64,000 nt of DNA, taken from positions 33,973,429 through 34,037,428 of the forward strand of contig NC_068985.1 of NCBI RefSeq assembly GCF_001194135.2, read 5' to 3'. The notes beneath the pieces are model-generated. The model was not told the DNA's origin and made no database searches. It was given only the letters and a program-made list of their open reading frames with translations. Numbering within the stretch: position 1 is the first letter of the stretch; the number at the start of each line of letters is the position of its first letter. A program made the position numbers and the translations under genes. Of the stretch, positions 11,986-22,967 are shown one piece after another. The DNA is from Octopus bimaculoides. Taxonomy: Eukaryota.

Positions 11986-12254
11986 TTATTTACATTATTT
12001 ACATTTGATGGATATTTGTCCTCATCTTGTTTGTTGTTAACACAACGTTTTGGCTGATATACCCTCCAGCCTTCTTCAGGTGTTTTGGGGAAATTTCGAA
12101 CCTGGGTTCTCATTCCTAAGGTATTTTCGATGTTATTATTATTATTATTATTATTGTTGTTGTTCTTATTGTTCAGGTCACTGCTTGGAATCGAACTCGG
12201 AATCTTGGGGTTAGTAGCCTGTGCTCTTAACCACTACACCATATGGCCATGAGC
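11986..12254 (-). mobile_element. tRNA-derived SINE-like element with a hammerhead-bearing Penelope-like tail
   Basis: A box TGGTGTAGTGG (12231-12241), B box GAGTTCGATTC (12188-12198), an (AAT/AAC)n linker, an HHR motif at 12039-12084, and a tail ...AAATATCCATCAAATGTAAATAATGTAAATAA. Confidence 0.8.
12039..12084 (-). ncRNA. Minimal type I hammerhead ribozyme motif, probably inactive (GAAA to AAAA)
   Basis: aacac-CTGAAGA-a-ggctg-gagggtatat-cagcc-AAAA-c-GTT-gtgtt. Stem I is aacac/gtgtt, stem II is ggctg/cagcc, and a palindromic AACGTT replaces stem III. Confidence 0.7.
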
Positions 12255-12519
12255 ATTACTTCCCTTCAGAATTAAGTTAATTTCAGAGACTTTTCCCATT
12301 ATGCACAGTTTTAGGTATTTATACTCTGAAAACCCATAATATCTTCACAACCACTTATCCAATTTATGAGAAATTTGTTTCATTTTGTTCATATTTACAT
12401 TTCAGTAGGCTTAAGTCATAGTATTTTCCCATTATATGCCAATTTGGCTGGGTAACATTGCAAGCAAGCAAGATTCAATCTAACTTTTAATGTATTATAG
12501 ATATATTTATACATACATA

Positions 12520-12705
12520 TATACATACACTGGTCATTTGTTGGGCAATTTAAGTTTTAAATTGTCCGCCATAAATGTCTATCTAAATTGATGAAGGGTC
12601 CTTTCCCTGTTTACTTGCCCCGTTTTCCATTTCTTTCTCTCGTTGTTTTCGTATTTCATGCTGTTGGCACAGTTGGTGACGTCCTGTACCCATATATGCA
12701 TATAT
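12520..12705 (+). repeat. Family C repeat copy
   Basis: Hairpin gggcaattta/taaattgtcc (12543-12567), then the ...tgatgaagggtcc...gtgacgtcctgtacccatatatg tail. Confidence 0.7.
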
Positions 12706-12715
12706 GTGTATATGT

Positions 12716-12763
<48 letters not shown>

Positions 12764-13069
12764 CTATTTATTATTATTATTCATTTGAACGTGACACATC
12801 TATTCCCGAGTAAGTTTATCTTCACTCTACACTCTATACTGTTTTCTTCCTCCACCCTTCTCTAATTCCATCTTTCTTTTCCTCACATGATCATCTTTCT
12901 TTTCCTTCCCTTTTCAAAGAAAATATTTCTCCCAGTGTTCACTATTTTCCTTTCATTCTGGTCTAACAACCTTCCATGTTTGTTTTCATTCCTTTTCCTT
13001 GTATGTCTCCACTGTCCTGTTTTTGTTCCCAAATTTGACCCTCCATAAATCCTAAATTTTATTTTAGAA

Positions 13070-13262
13070 TCTATGGGAGCAACTGTCTTTGAAGACTCAT
13101 TTTATCGTTAAATGCTCAAAATGAGGAGTAGATAGACAGCTGACAACTGATGAAAGGTCCTTTCTCTGTGTTTACTTGTCCTGTTTTTCATTCTTTTCTC
13201 TCGTTGTTTATGTATCTCATGTTGTTTTCACGGTTGGTGACGTCCTGCACCCATATATACAT
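13070..13262 (+). repeat. Family C repeat copy
   Basis: tttgaaga-ctcattt…aaatgctc-aaaatgaggagtagat…gacaactgatgaaaggtcc…gtgacgtcctgcacccatata. Confidence 0.7.
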
Positions 13263-13273
13263 ATATGTGTATA

Positions 13274-13307
<34 letters not shown>

Positions 13308-13308
<1 letters not shown>

Positions 13309-13802
13309 TCAATTTTGGGGGATTAATATGTATTTGAATTTTTCTTGTTATATATCAAATTTAAACACAGACATTTTTGTTCTGATGTTTAATCTTATAT
13401 CTCACATTCTGTACTTGACATATATTTGATTTTACATGATTGATATATATACTAATTCATATTTATAATGTATAATTTATAAATTTAAGTCTTAATATTA
13501 CAAAGTATAATTTTTATTCTTAATTTTAATTTTTATTCTTAATTTTTTAATCTTAATTTCTAATTCATAATTTTTAATCTTTAACGCTTAATTGTATTGC
13601 TTATTTTTAAAGGGATGTAAAATTAGATATATAATATTTTGAAATAGAACCTGAAGAGATGTTGGAATAATTGTAAATCTGATGTGTTATTTCATGATGT
13701 GCAAACTGATACCATGAGTTTACTGTCAGATATATTCATTAGGTTATTTTTGTAATATCTGAAATAGAATACCCGCATATCAATTAATCCCCCAAAATTG
13801 AA
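13308..13802. repeat. AT-rich segment bounded by a perfect 20-bp inverted repeat
   Basis: TTCAATTTTGGGGGATTAAT (13308-13327) and its reverse complement ATTAATCCCCCAAAATTGAA (13783-13802). Confidence 0.6.
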
Positions 13803-14001
13803 AATTGACTTTTATCAGATACTTTGTATATTTATAGATAACTATATAAATATATGATAAATAAGACCCCAAAGTACGATATGTAGATGCATATAACACT
13901 GTAGGGTTACACCTGATTGATTTGGAAATNNNNNNNNNNACTGTAGGGTTACACCTGATTGATTTGGAAATTTGTTATATATATATATATATATATATAT
14001 A

Positions 14002-14311
14002 TCATCATCATCGTTGTTTAATGTCTACTTTCCATACTGGCATGGGTTGGATGGTTTGACTTAGGGCTAGCAAGCTAGAAGGCTGCACCAGGCTCCAATC
14101 TGATCTGGCAAAGTTTCTACAGCTGGATGCCCTTCCTAATACCAACCACTCTGAGAGTGTAGTGGGTGCTTTTTATGTGCCACCAATATGAGGGCCAGTC
14201 AGGTGGTACTGGCATTGACCACGTTTGAATGGTGCTTTTTACGTACCACTGGCATGGGAGCCACTTAGCTGGCACTGGCATCAACCACACTCAAATGATG
14301 CCTTTTACGTG
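14002..14311 (-). mobile_element. 5'-truncated RTE LINE 3' tail
   Basis: Same 3'UTR and (GAT)n tail as 2666-2960. Next to (TA)n. Confidence 0.8.
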
Positions 14312-15023
14312 CCCATATATATTATATATACTATATATTATTATTACTTATATATGCCCATATATACATATGTGTGTGTGTGTGTGTGCATTTATGTATA
14401 TACAGATATATGATCCAGATAGGCTTTGCAGCCTTTGATTCAAAGGCTTTCCAGATTATTGATTTTTCTGAACCAGGAGTGGTCACCTTGGTCAACACAC
14501 TCTAAATTAAATATTAAATAATTAAATGAAATATAGTTACCTATACATTAGTATGAAAGATGCAAGTTTAAGGAAGGTATCAGTTAACAAGTCTGATGGG
14601 CACAGGAGTTTGAAGTTCCCACTCGTAAATTAGTGCAGATTATGAGAGGTTCCATATCATCAATGTTCATTAAGTCAGTGTTGTGCCTCTATGTCTATCT
14701 ATCTATCTATCTATCTATCTGCCAGCCTGCCTGTCTGTCTGCCTGTGTGTCTGTATATATATATATGTGCACACACACATGTGCACTCACACACAGATAT
14801 TGTTATGGTCAATTGTCCTTAATATGAATAATCACAAAACTATACATTAGTTTCAAGTTAATGAGTTGATGGTTAATTAGATTTCCATTGACTTTGAACA
14901 TATCACTTACAAGTATCAAAACGAATCAATCAACACTGAACCAAACCTACTTTACTGACATTTGTATCTCTGATTCTCTCTTTCTTCCTCTTTATATATA
15001 TTTATATATATATATATATATAT

Positions 15024-15056
<33 letters not shown>

Positions 15057-16024
15057 AACAGACAGAAAAGGTGAAAGAAAGAGAGATTTCTATCAGCCTC
15101 TCAATCTACAAACAAACATGCACATGCACCAAAGTAGAAGAGGAATCTTAGCATGGAGAAAGAGATGTTTATTTTGCATTAGAGACAAAGAGAGAGAGTG
15201 ACGATCACTTGCAGCGAGCCATTTCAGTTTTGTAGCAATAGCATGGCAGGAACGAAATTGCAGGCAATATAATGGTTGAACAAGCTCTAATAAGGCTAGA
15301 GGAAATAACTAATAAATGTGGGGTGAATTGAACAAAGAGGTACAACAGAGGGCCATAGTGAACTCTAAGCAGGGAGATAGATACAAGTTTATCTAGCATT
15401 GAGATAGGGAAATTCCCTCACGTTATTTGCTGAAAGAATGGGGACTACACAGTATTTGTAAATTATATATTATGTGGCGTATCTACATTATTTTGAACAT
15501 TTTTCCCTAATGCCATTCAGGAGAACGTCATAATTAAATTATGTAGGAAGACTGTGTTGGATGAGAATTATAATGAATTACCATAAAAACCCATGTAATT
15601 TGTACACCTGTGTAATTTACGCAGGTGATTTTCAGAATAAAAATTGTTAAAAAAAGCTTCTACTCATGTAAAATTCGCACCCAAAAGTTTTCAGAATTGC
15701 CGATATAGCCAGGGGAAAAAGGTTTCCAATTTAGTTGTGTTTAGCATAATTTTACTTACTTATGATTAGATTTTATTAAATTTTCATTAAATAAAAATAA
15801 TTTCTGTTTAACAGGTATCATATTGAAATCTATTAAATTACAAAGTGTTTGTGTTGTTTATAATAAACTTTATTTTACGTTTCTTGCCAACAAGAGATTA
15901 TATCCGATCTTTAGCATACTTCTGTATGTCTTCTCAAATCACGATCACAGGAAAAGTTGTTGATAATTCTTATCAACAAAAACAAAGCTGATAAATATGC
16001 ACAAGTGTTGCGAAATAAGTTTAA

Positions 16025-17368
16025 TCTATATATATAAAAATGAGAATGTGTGTCTTTCTGTCTGTCTGTCTGTCTGTCTGTGTGAATCCCTAAAACTCGA
16101 GAACTACGCAACCAATTTCATTCAAATTTTACACATGCCTTACTTAGGGTTCCAGTTGTGTTTTAGTCAAAAAAAATTATTAACTTCTTGCAGAGTTCGA
16201 GCACACGGCAACATAATATCTCCTCCACTATTTAAGTATTACGTGTCAAAAGTGAAACAAAAACACTCATGTCAAATACTTTCACTTTAAAAATGAAACT
16301 ATTCCACTAACTGAAACAATCACATTTCGATACTGTAGTGACAGATACTTTCACAAAGNNNNNNNNNNNNNNNNNNNNNNNNNNNNNNNNNNNNNNNNNN
16401 NNNNNNNNNNNNNNNNNNNNNNNNNNNNNNNNNNNNNNNNNNNNNNNNNNNNNNNNNNNNNNNNNNNNNNNNNNNNNNNNNNNNNNNNNNNNNNNNNNNN
16501 NNNNNNNNNNNNNNNNNNNNNNNNNNNNNNNNNNNNNNNNNNNNNNNNNNNNNNNNNNNNNNNNNNNNNNNNNNNNNNNNNNNNNNNNNNNNNNNNNNNN
16601 NNNNNNNNNNNNNNNNNNNNNNNNNNNNNNNNNNNNNNNNNNNNNNNNNNNNNNNNNNNNNNNNNNNNNNNNNNNNNNNNNNNNNNNNNNNNNNNNNNNN
16701 NNNNNNNNNNNNNNNNNNNNNNNNNNNNNNNNNNNNNNNNNNNNNNNNNNNNNNNNNNNNNNNNNNNNNNNNNNNNNNNNNNNNNNNNNNNNNNNNNNNN
16801 NNNNNNNNNNNNNNNNNNNNNNNNNNNNNNNNNNNNNNNNNNNNNNNNNNNNNNNNNNNNNNNNNNNNNNNNNNNNNNNNNNNNNNNNNNNNNNNNNNNN
16901 NNNNNNNNNNNNNNNNNNNNNNNNNNNNNNNNNNNNNNNNNNNNNNNNNNNNNNNNNNNNNNNNNNNNNNNNNNNNNNNNNNNATAAACAAATATCAGGG
17001 TCAAACACTGTCTGTAGCTGGTCTTCTCTTGGAAGAGCCCTGCTTCTCACATGGACAACTGTATGTTGGCTGCTCAAGAGTGGGCAGCAACAAAAAACCT
17101 ATTTGTATATGCTCCACAAGGGAAAACAAGGAACATAGTTTACAATGAGGTGTTATAATCACAACAGCAAGAAAGTATGTACATGATCACCTTCTTTTAC
17201 GAAACTTCATTGACTTTCATATATTTATATTGATATACATATATATACGTGTGTTTGGGTGCGTGTGTGTATATACATCTCTATATATAAAGATGATGCG
17301 TAGTCTAGACGGCGTTTTTAGATTTCATTATTCTCTTTAACACGGGCAACGCCGGGTATTTCTGCTAG
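16025..17368 (+). mobile_element. Helitron with both termini; helicase C-terminus retained, interior in an assembly gap
   Basis: 5' A|TCTATATATATAAAAATGAG plus (GTCT)n. After the gap it reads INKYQGQTLSVAGLLLEEPCFSHGQLYVGCSRVGSNKNLFVYAPQGKTRNIVYNEVL* (PIF1 motifs V/VI). The 3' end is a GC-rich subterminal CGGGCAACGCCGGG followed by CTAG|T, giving the canonical A|T insertion site. Confidence 0.92.
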
Positions 17369-17384
17369 TTACCAATAAACATCA

Positions 17385-17700
17385 GCTTGGATGACACTTT
17401 ACTCACAAGGCCATTTCCCTGAAGATACCAGGATCCTGACTTTTTCTTACTTATTAAAACCTTCATTTTGCTAAGTTTAAAGACTTCTCAATTCTTCGTT
17501 TAACTTCCAAGCCTGGAATTTTCTCTCTATATCCTCTATAGATACAGCTATGAGAACTAGATCATCAGCATACTGGAAGTTCCAATGTACAGCTAGTCTT
17601 AAACTCCTCTGTGATGGCTTGTATATAGCTTTTATAGATCTCAAAAATCCCTTCATCTACACCTTGTTTCCTCAAAGACCTCCCATTTACTGAATATAGT
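17385..17700 (-). mobile_element. RTE LINE reverse transcriptase fragment
   Basis: Minus strand reads ...EEFKTSCTLELQYADDLVLIAVSIEDIERKFQAWK...SGKWPC, the RT catalytic YADD in an RTE context. Confidence 0.8.
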
Positions 17701-18050
17701 ACCTTTTTAAATGTGTTCTCCAAGTCAACAAATAGAAGAGAATATGACCAAAAACTGCATGTACTCTATCCCATGCCGTCCCCTTAAAGTAAGGGTAGAG
17801 GAACATCATAAAACTGTGATGTGAGGGGATGTTGAAAAATTGGGTATAGCCGATCATGTATGGGAAAACAGAGACTACTTCCCGCTGTGAGATGAAGTTA
17901 AAATAATTGACAGAGAACACTGCTGGAAAATATGAAAATTAAAAGAGGCTGTACATATGCTAGGACACAGTAACCTCCTAAGCAGATATGAATGTAATAT
18001 GGGAACCAGTATTAAGAAAAGATAAAATACTAGGTTTATAAGTGCTAAAA
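17700..18050 (+). mobile_element. Penelope-like GIY-YIG endonuclease C-terminal remnant
   Basis: NMTKNCMYSIP[deletion]CRPLKVRVEEHHKTVM*GDVEKLGIADHVWENRDYFPL*DEVKIIDREHCWKI*KLKEAVHM, a typical PLE Uri-domain C-terminus with stop codons. Confidence 0.8.
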
Positions 18051-18071
18051 TTCATTCTATAGTTGACCACA

Positions 18072-18298
18072 AGCATATAGCATAGTGCATAAGAGCCCAG
18101 GCAGGGACTTGAAAAATAATATCAACAGAAAAATAACATCAGCAGCATGCCTTAAGAATGAGAACTGTTAGACCATTAGTCAAATAAAGGGTTGGGTTTA
18201 AAATTCTACCAGAACACCTATAAAGGCTGGAGAGTACATCAGCTGAAACGTGTTAACAACAAACAAGATGAGGATACCTATCCGTCCATTGTAAATAG
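18072..18298 (+). mobile_element. Degenerate copy of the tRNA-headed HHR element directly 3' of the PLE ORF
   Basis: catatagcatagtgcataagagcccaggc (decayed A-box head)…ccttaagaatgagaac…aacacCTATAAaggctggagagtacatcagctGAAAcgtgttaacaacaaacaagatgagga matches 11986-12254. Confidence 0.75.
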
Positions 18299-18299
18299 T

Positions 18300-20140
18300 G
18301 ATATGAAGATCAGCAATATGAGTTGTTTTGGATTGCAGTGCAGTGTATTAAAAACAATCAGCAAAGTGTAAACAAAATGATGGCGGCACACTTTCCCTCA
18401 CTGATGCTGAAAAGTAAACAGTATAGGAATGCTATTTTGAGAGGTTTTTGAATGAGGTTAATCCATCAAAGAGAGACTCAACAAAAGGACCATCTGTTGA
18501 AGTTGACAGCTGTATGGTCAAGTGCAATTAAGAATATGAAGACTAGAAAAAATAGACCATGAAAGAGAGTCACTAAAATGCTTAAAATATCTGACAAATT
18601 AGGTCACTCATTAGTCACTTATATAGTAAATCAGATAGTATAGGATGGGGTCATACTTAATGAATTGTGTTTGTTGTATCATCATCTACAAAAGTAAAGC
18701 AGTCACTCTAGAGAGAAGCAACTAGAGAAATATCAAACTGATAGATACGTTATGAAAGTTATTGAAAAGTTATAGCACAGCTAATTTGATATGATGCATT
18801 TCAGATTAATGCTTGCATAGGATACACCAGGGCCATCGCATAACCTTTAGAGGCCCCCTGTAACTTTTTGTTTTGAGGCCCCATCTCTTCGATCAAAATT
18901 CATAATCTACGCACCTTTATTATCTGCAAAAATCAGAGTCCCTTACAGCTTGTTGTATTTTAGAATCATCACATAAAACAACTAACAGTATATCTTTTTT
19001 CTACTCCTCTGTACACAGTGGTCAAAGGCTACTGTTCTGGGTATAAAGTGACCAGCTTTTCAACAACGTCAAATAACGATGCCAAATATATATACACACA
19101 GTGAGAGAGAGAGAGAGAAAAATGAAGAGAGAAAGAGAGAGAGACTAAGGGACGTGTGTATGTTTGGTACACATCTATCTCTTTCTCTCTGTCTCTCTCT
19201 CTCTCTTTCTCTCTGTCTCTCTCTCTCTCTTTCTCTCTGTCTGTCTCTCTCCCTCTGAGCTGGCCAAAGCCTTGTGAATGGACTTGGTAGACTGAAACAG
19301 ATAAAAGCCAGACATATATATGTGTGTGTATGTATGTATGAATGTGTGTACGTATGCTTGTGTGTGTATGTTTGTATAAATATAGAACCCCCACCTTTCA
19401 TCACCATTGCTTCTTTTTCTTGTCTTTTCTCTTGAAGTTGTTCTTATTTTCATTATTTTGGATTTCTTTTGTCTCCCTAGAGAATTCATTGAAAAGCTTT
19501 TTTTCATTTACTTTTTTTATTTCTTTTAAAGTTATTTATGATACACTCTTGTATTTTTTTTTTCCTCTCCTGACTTGAAATTTTCAGTTAACATCTTAAC
19601 CAAGTTAAATAGATGGCTCATCTGCATAGTTTGATCTTAACATGGGGACCCCCTGCAACCCCTATAGTTGCAGAGGCTTAGCGATGGCCTTGAGATACAC
19701 TAATACCCTTTTGTTAGGGAGACAACTAGAAAAGAAGTACTTAGCTTGGAGTCAGCCATTGTACTTATCCTTTTGTCAACCTGTAGTTGTCTGACAAATG
19801 TTCCATACTTAGTAGTCTGGTCACTAAAAAATCCTGGGATTGACAAATGGTTTGCGGGAGATGTGCAAGTCATATACAAACATACTGTCAGCAAGATGAG
19901 TGTTAAGAGGTTCATGAAGGGATTTTGTATGCAGGTCAGTGTACATCTGTACTCAGTCCTCAACCCCTTTCTATTTTATTACAGCCCTCCAAGTCAAAAC
20001 AGAGGAGTTTAAGACCAATTGCTTTTGTACATCCAGTATGCTTATGACCTAGTTCTCATAGCTAAATTGATCAAAGATTTAGAGAAGAAAGTCTAAACTT
20101 GGAAGAAAAAACAAGAATAGAAAGGCCTCAAAGTAAATTA
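18300..20140 (+). mobile_element. RTE LINE ORF fragment (RT N-terminus to YADD region), split by a hAT insertion
   Basis: Degenerate RTE motifs …NDGGTLSLTDAEK…, …KMLKIS… and …MMHFRLMLA.GYT on the left of 18828. On the right of 19692: …RVPYLVVWSLKNPGIDKW…VH…VLNPFLF…EEFKTNC…YAYDLVLIA…KGLKVN. Confidence 0.8.
18828..19692. mobile_element. Non-autonomous hAT-superfamily element with an 8-bp TSD
   Basis: TIRs CAGGGCCATCGC and GCGATGGCCTTG. The flanking 8-mers are GGATACAC (18820-27) and AGATACAC (19693-700). Contains microsatellites and a SINE-core fragment (~19255-19320). Confidence 0.85.
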
Positions 20141-20274
20141 AGTACTAGTTGCATACTGAGGTCGCTCTAATCAACTGGCCCCTTCCCCCAAAATTTTGAG
20201 CCTTGTGCCTTAGAGTAGAAAAAAAGAAAAAAAATTTGCTGGAGAATTTATGGAAAAGGAAAAAATGTGGTCAA

Positions 20275-20570
20275 AAAATGTTGAGTTGGCTTTTCTAAGG
20301 CTGAAGCAAGATTAAATTTCTTTACTGTTGCTGAAAGTGTAAAATTAAGAAGGAATGGAAAAGCTTTATCAACTTTGAAGAAAATCATCCGAAAAATCTA
20401 CCAATAATAGATTGTTTTACAGCTTTTAATATGGCAGGCAAATATTGACTGTCAGTATATTGGAGAAAGCAGTATGATATTGACCAGATGTGAGCCTAAC
20501 TACCAAACAAAAGCTGAGAAAAATGAAGCTGAAGGTATTTGGGAAACTTTGGATCAAAGTAAATTTCTGA
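20275..20570 (+). mobile_element. Helentron/Helitron2-type Rep (rolling-circle initiator) fragment
   Basis: …LLIWQANIDCQYIGESSMILTRCEPNYQTKAEKNEAEGIWE resembles the Rep motif 'LLLxWQANxDxQYIGE…Y..Y.TKAEK'. Upstream is a degenerate 'FGFP…K' segment. Confidence 0.7.
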
Positions 20571-22375
20571 AATTGTTCATCACATAGTGTGTGCACTTTT
20601 TTGCTTTTTGTATTTTATAAAATTAAGTTAATATTTTTGATTTAAAAATTTCTTTGTATTAAGCTAAAACATTTCTGTCTTATTTTTAGTATTTCTAGAA
20701 TGAAAAATATAAAGGTAAATATAATTAATTATAATAATAAAAGTGTTGTCAGCTAAAAAAGTACACTTAAACGAAAAATGTGGGCACAGAGTGCTAAAAT
20801 ATTCTGAAGTATTGAACTTGAAAAAATACAGGACAAGCAGTAATCAAGCAATTACGCCTGGAAATGTACAGGTCAAGAAAAACAAAAAAACTTTTAAAAT
20901 ATTACTGCTGAAGTTAGAATTTAAAAACTAAAATAGTAATAAATGCCCTTTTATATCTTTTTTATTTTTGTATAAAAGTTTAAATTAAAAATACTCAAAA
21001 AGCTATTTATGTTCAATTTTAGGTGAAAAGAATAATTGCCTGCAAGTTTACTCATTGAAAACTGAATATTACAAATTTATATTTTAAAAAATCACATGAT
21101 AGCAATTTAAGCAAAATTGACAATGTATTATAACCCATATGCTTTTATAAAAAAAGTTAGAGAGTCATTTCTACATTTTGCACTCAATTTGTTCATTAAC
21201 TTTCATTTTTTTAAATATTCTTCTTGCTGTAAATAGAAAATACTTTGTTATCTGATAATGCAAACATTAAAGAAATTAATTCCTTTGTTTCTTTAAAAAT
21301 ATTTAAAACTATTTTTACCTTAATTTTTGAATTTCATATATTCTATATGAGTTTAATTTTAATAAAATATCTGTGGTTTAAAAATTTGGATAATGAGTTT
21401 TATTAAGAAAATAAAGTTAAAAAAATAATATAATACTAAAAATAAGAAATGTATTCGCTTAATAAAAAATTTTAAATCAAGAATATTCACTTAAATTTAA
21501 AATATTTGCAATAAAAACTAAAAAATATGTAAAACAAAAATGTGCATACACTATTTGATGAACAATTTCAATAATTTATTTATCAACTTTGGCAGCAATA
21601 TTTAAAGTTCTCAACAATATTTAAAGTTTTTTTCTTCTTATTCTATACTTTCCATGTTCAATACCTGGGAATATTCTAGCACTCTGCACCTGCATTTTTC
21701 ATTCTAGTATATCTATGTATGTGTATATGTATGTAAGTTTTTGTAAGTTTTTTATATATAGAAGGAAGAGTGCTGGGGATAAAATCAGAACCTGTGACAT
21801 GTTGGACTTGAGAGAATGAAGAAGAGAAAGCGTTCCATCAACATATATCATGAGAATGCAATCGGACTGGAAGTTACTGATCCAAGGGATCAGAAATGGA
21901 GAGAGTGGAGTGCGTAGTCAGGGACTTTCAATTGGAGATTCATGTTAGACATGGTTGAAAGATAAGCTGATGTCAAGGGTGATGCCATTACTTTCACCAA
22001 ATTTTTTCAAGGTAATAATCCACTGGTAAGTGACATAGGAAAAGATTATTGTTGTGTTATTTCTCATAGATTTAGAATTTTAATGATGTCAGTTAAGCTA
22101 TAAATCTCATAAGAGAGCTTTACAATAATTCAACTTTTGAAGTTGTTTTTCTCAGACCAGGTGGCATAATCTATTTGATATATAGGTAGAAAGACAATTT
22201 AAAAGTTATATATATAAATTTTTATTTTAATTAGTATTCAATTTGATTTCCAAAGGTGTTCTTATTTATAAAAAGTTGCACATGTCAATGCAATTCTGTA
22301 GTTAACAGTAGCCATGTTAATGTTTGAAGGCAACGATTTGTGCTCCAGTTGTGTGTGTGTATATGTATATATGTG

Positions 22376-22416
<41 letters not shown>

Positions 22417-22931
22417 NNNNNNNNNNNNNNNNNNNNNNNNNNNNNNNNNNNNNNNNNNNNNNNNNNNNNNNNNNNNNNNNNNNNNNNNNNNNNNNNNNNN
22501 NNNNNNNNNNNNNNNNNNNNNNNNNNNNNNNNNNNNNNNNNNNNNNNNNNNNNNNNNNNNNNNNNNNNNNNNNNNNNNNNNNNNNNNNNNNNNNNNNNNN
22601 NNNNNNNNNNNNNNNNNNNNNNNNNNNNNNNNNNNNNNNNNNNNNNNNNNNNNNNNNNNNNNNNNNNNNNNNNNNNNNNNNNNNNNNNNNNNNNNNNNNN
22701 NNNNNNNNNNNNNNNNNNNNNNNNNNNNNNNNNNNNNNNNNNNNNNNNNNNNNNNNNNNNNNNNNNNNNNNNNNNNNNNNNNNNNNNNNNNNNNNNNNNN
22801 NNNNNNNNNNNNNNNNNNNNNNNNNNNNNNNNNNNNNNNNNNNNNNNNNNNNNNNNNNNNNNNNNNNNNNNNNNNNNNNNNNNNNNNNNNNNNNNNNNNN
22901 NNNNNNNNNNNNNNNNNNNNNNNNNNNNNNN

Positions 22932-22967
<36 letters not shown>

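Larger units (their letters stand above)
11907..12502 (-). mobile_element. Non-autonomous Helitron-like repeat interrupted by the HHR-SINE
   Basis: Minus-strand start A|TCTATAATACATTAAAAG. Segments 12255-12502 and 11907-11985 match consecutive parts of the 53630-54278 copy on either side of the insertion. Confidence 0.7.

Noticed and set aside
12188-12254. tRNA-like sequences (also 24825, 52479, 55350-55413)
   Set aside because: They have A/B boxes but I could not build a complete cloverleaf, and each runs into a SINE body. They are SINE heads, not tRNA genes.
13897-13971. Direct duplications flanking 10-N gaps (also 40300-40400)
   Set aside because: The same sequence on both sides of a minimal gap is typical of unmerged contig overlap.
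15420-15900. Possible pogo/Tc1-like remnant
   Set aside because: Only a vague terminal-like resemblance, with no coding motif or paired TIR found.
20398-20537. Apparent spliced exon (ttttacag…gaag|gtattt) with an open frame
   Set aside because: The peptide matches Helentron Rep and homology continues across the apparent splice sites, so it is a TE remnant.
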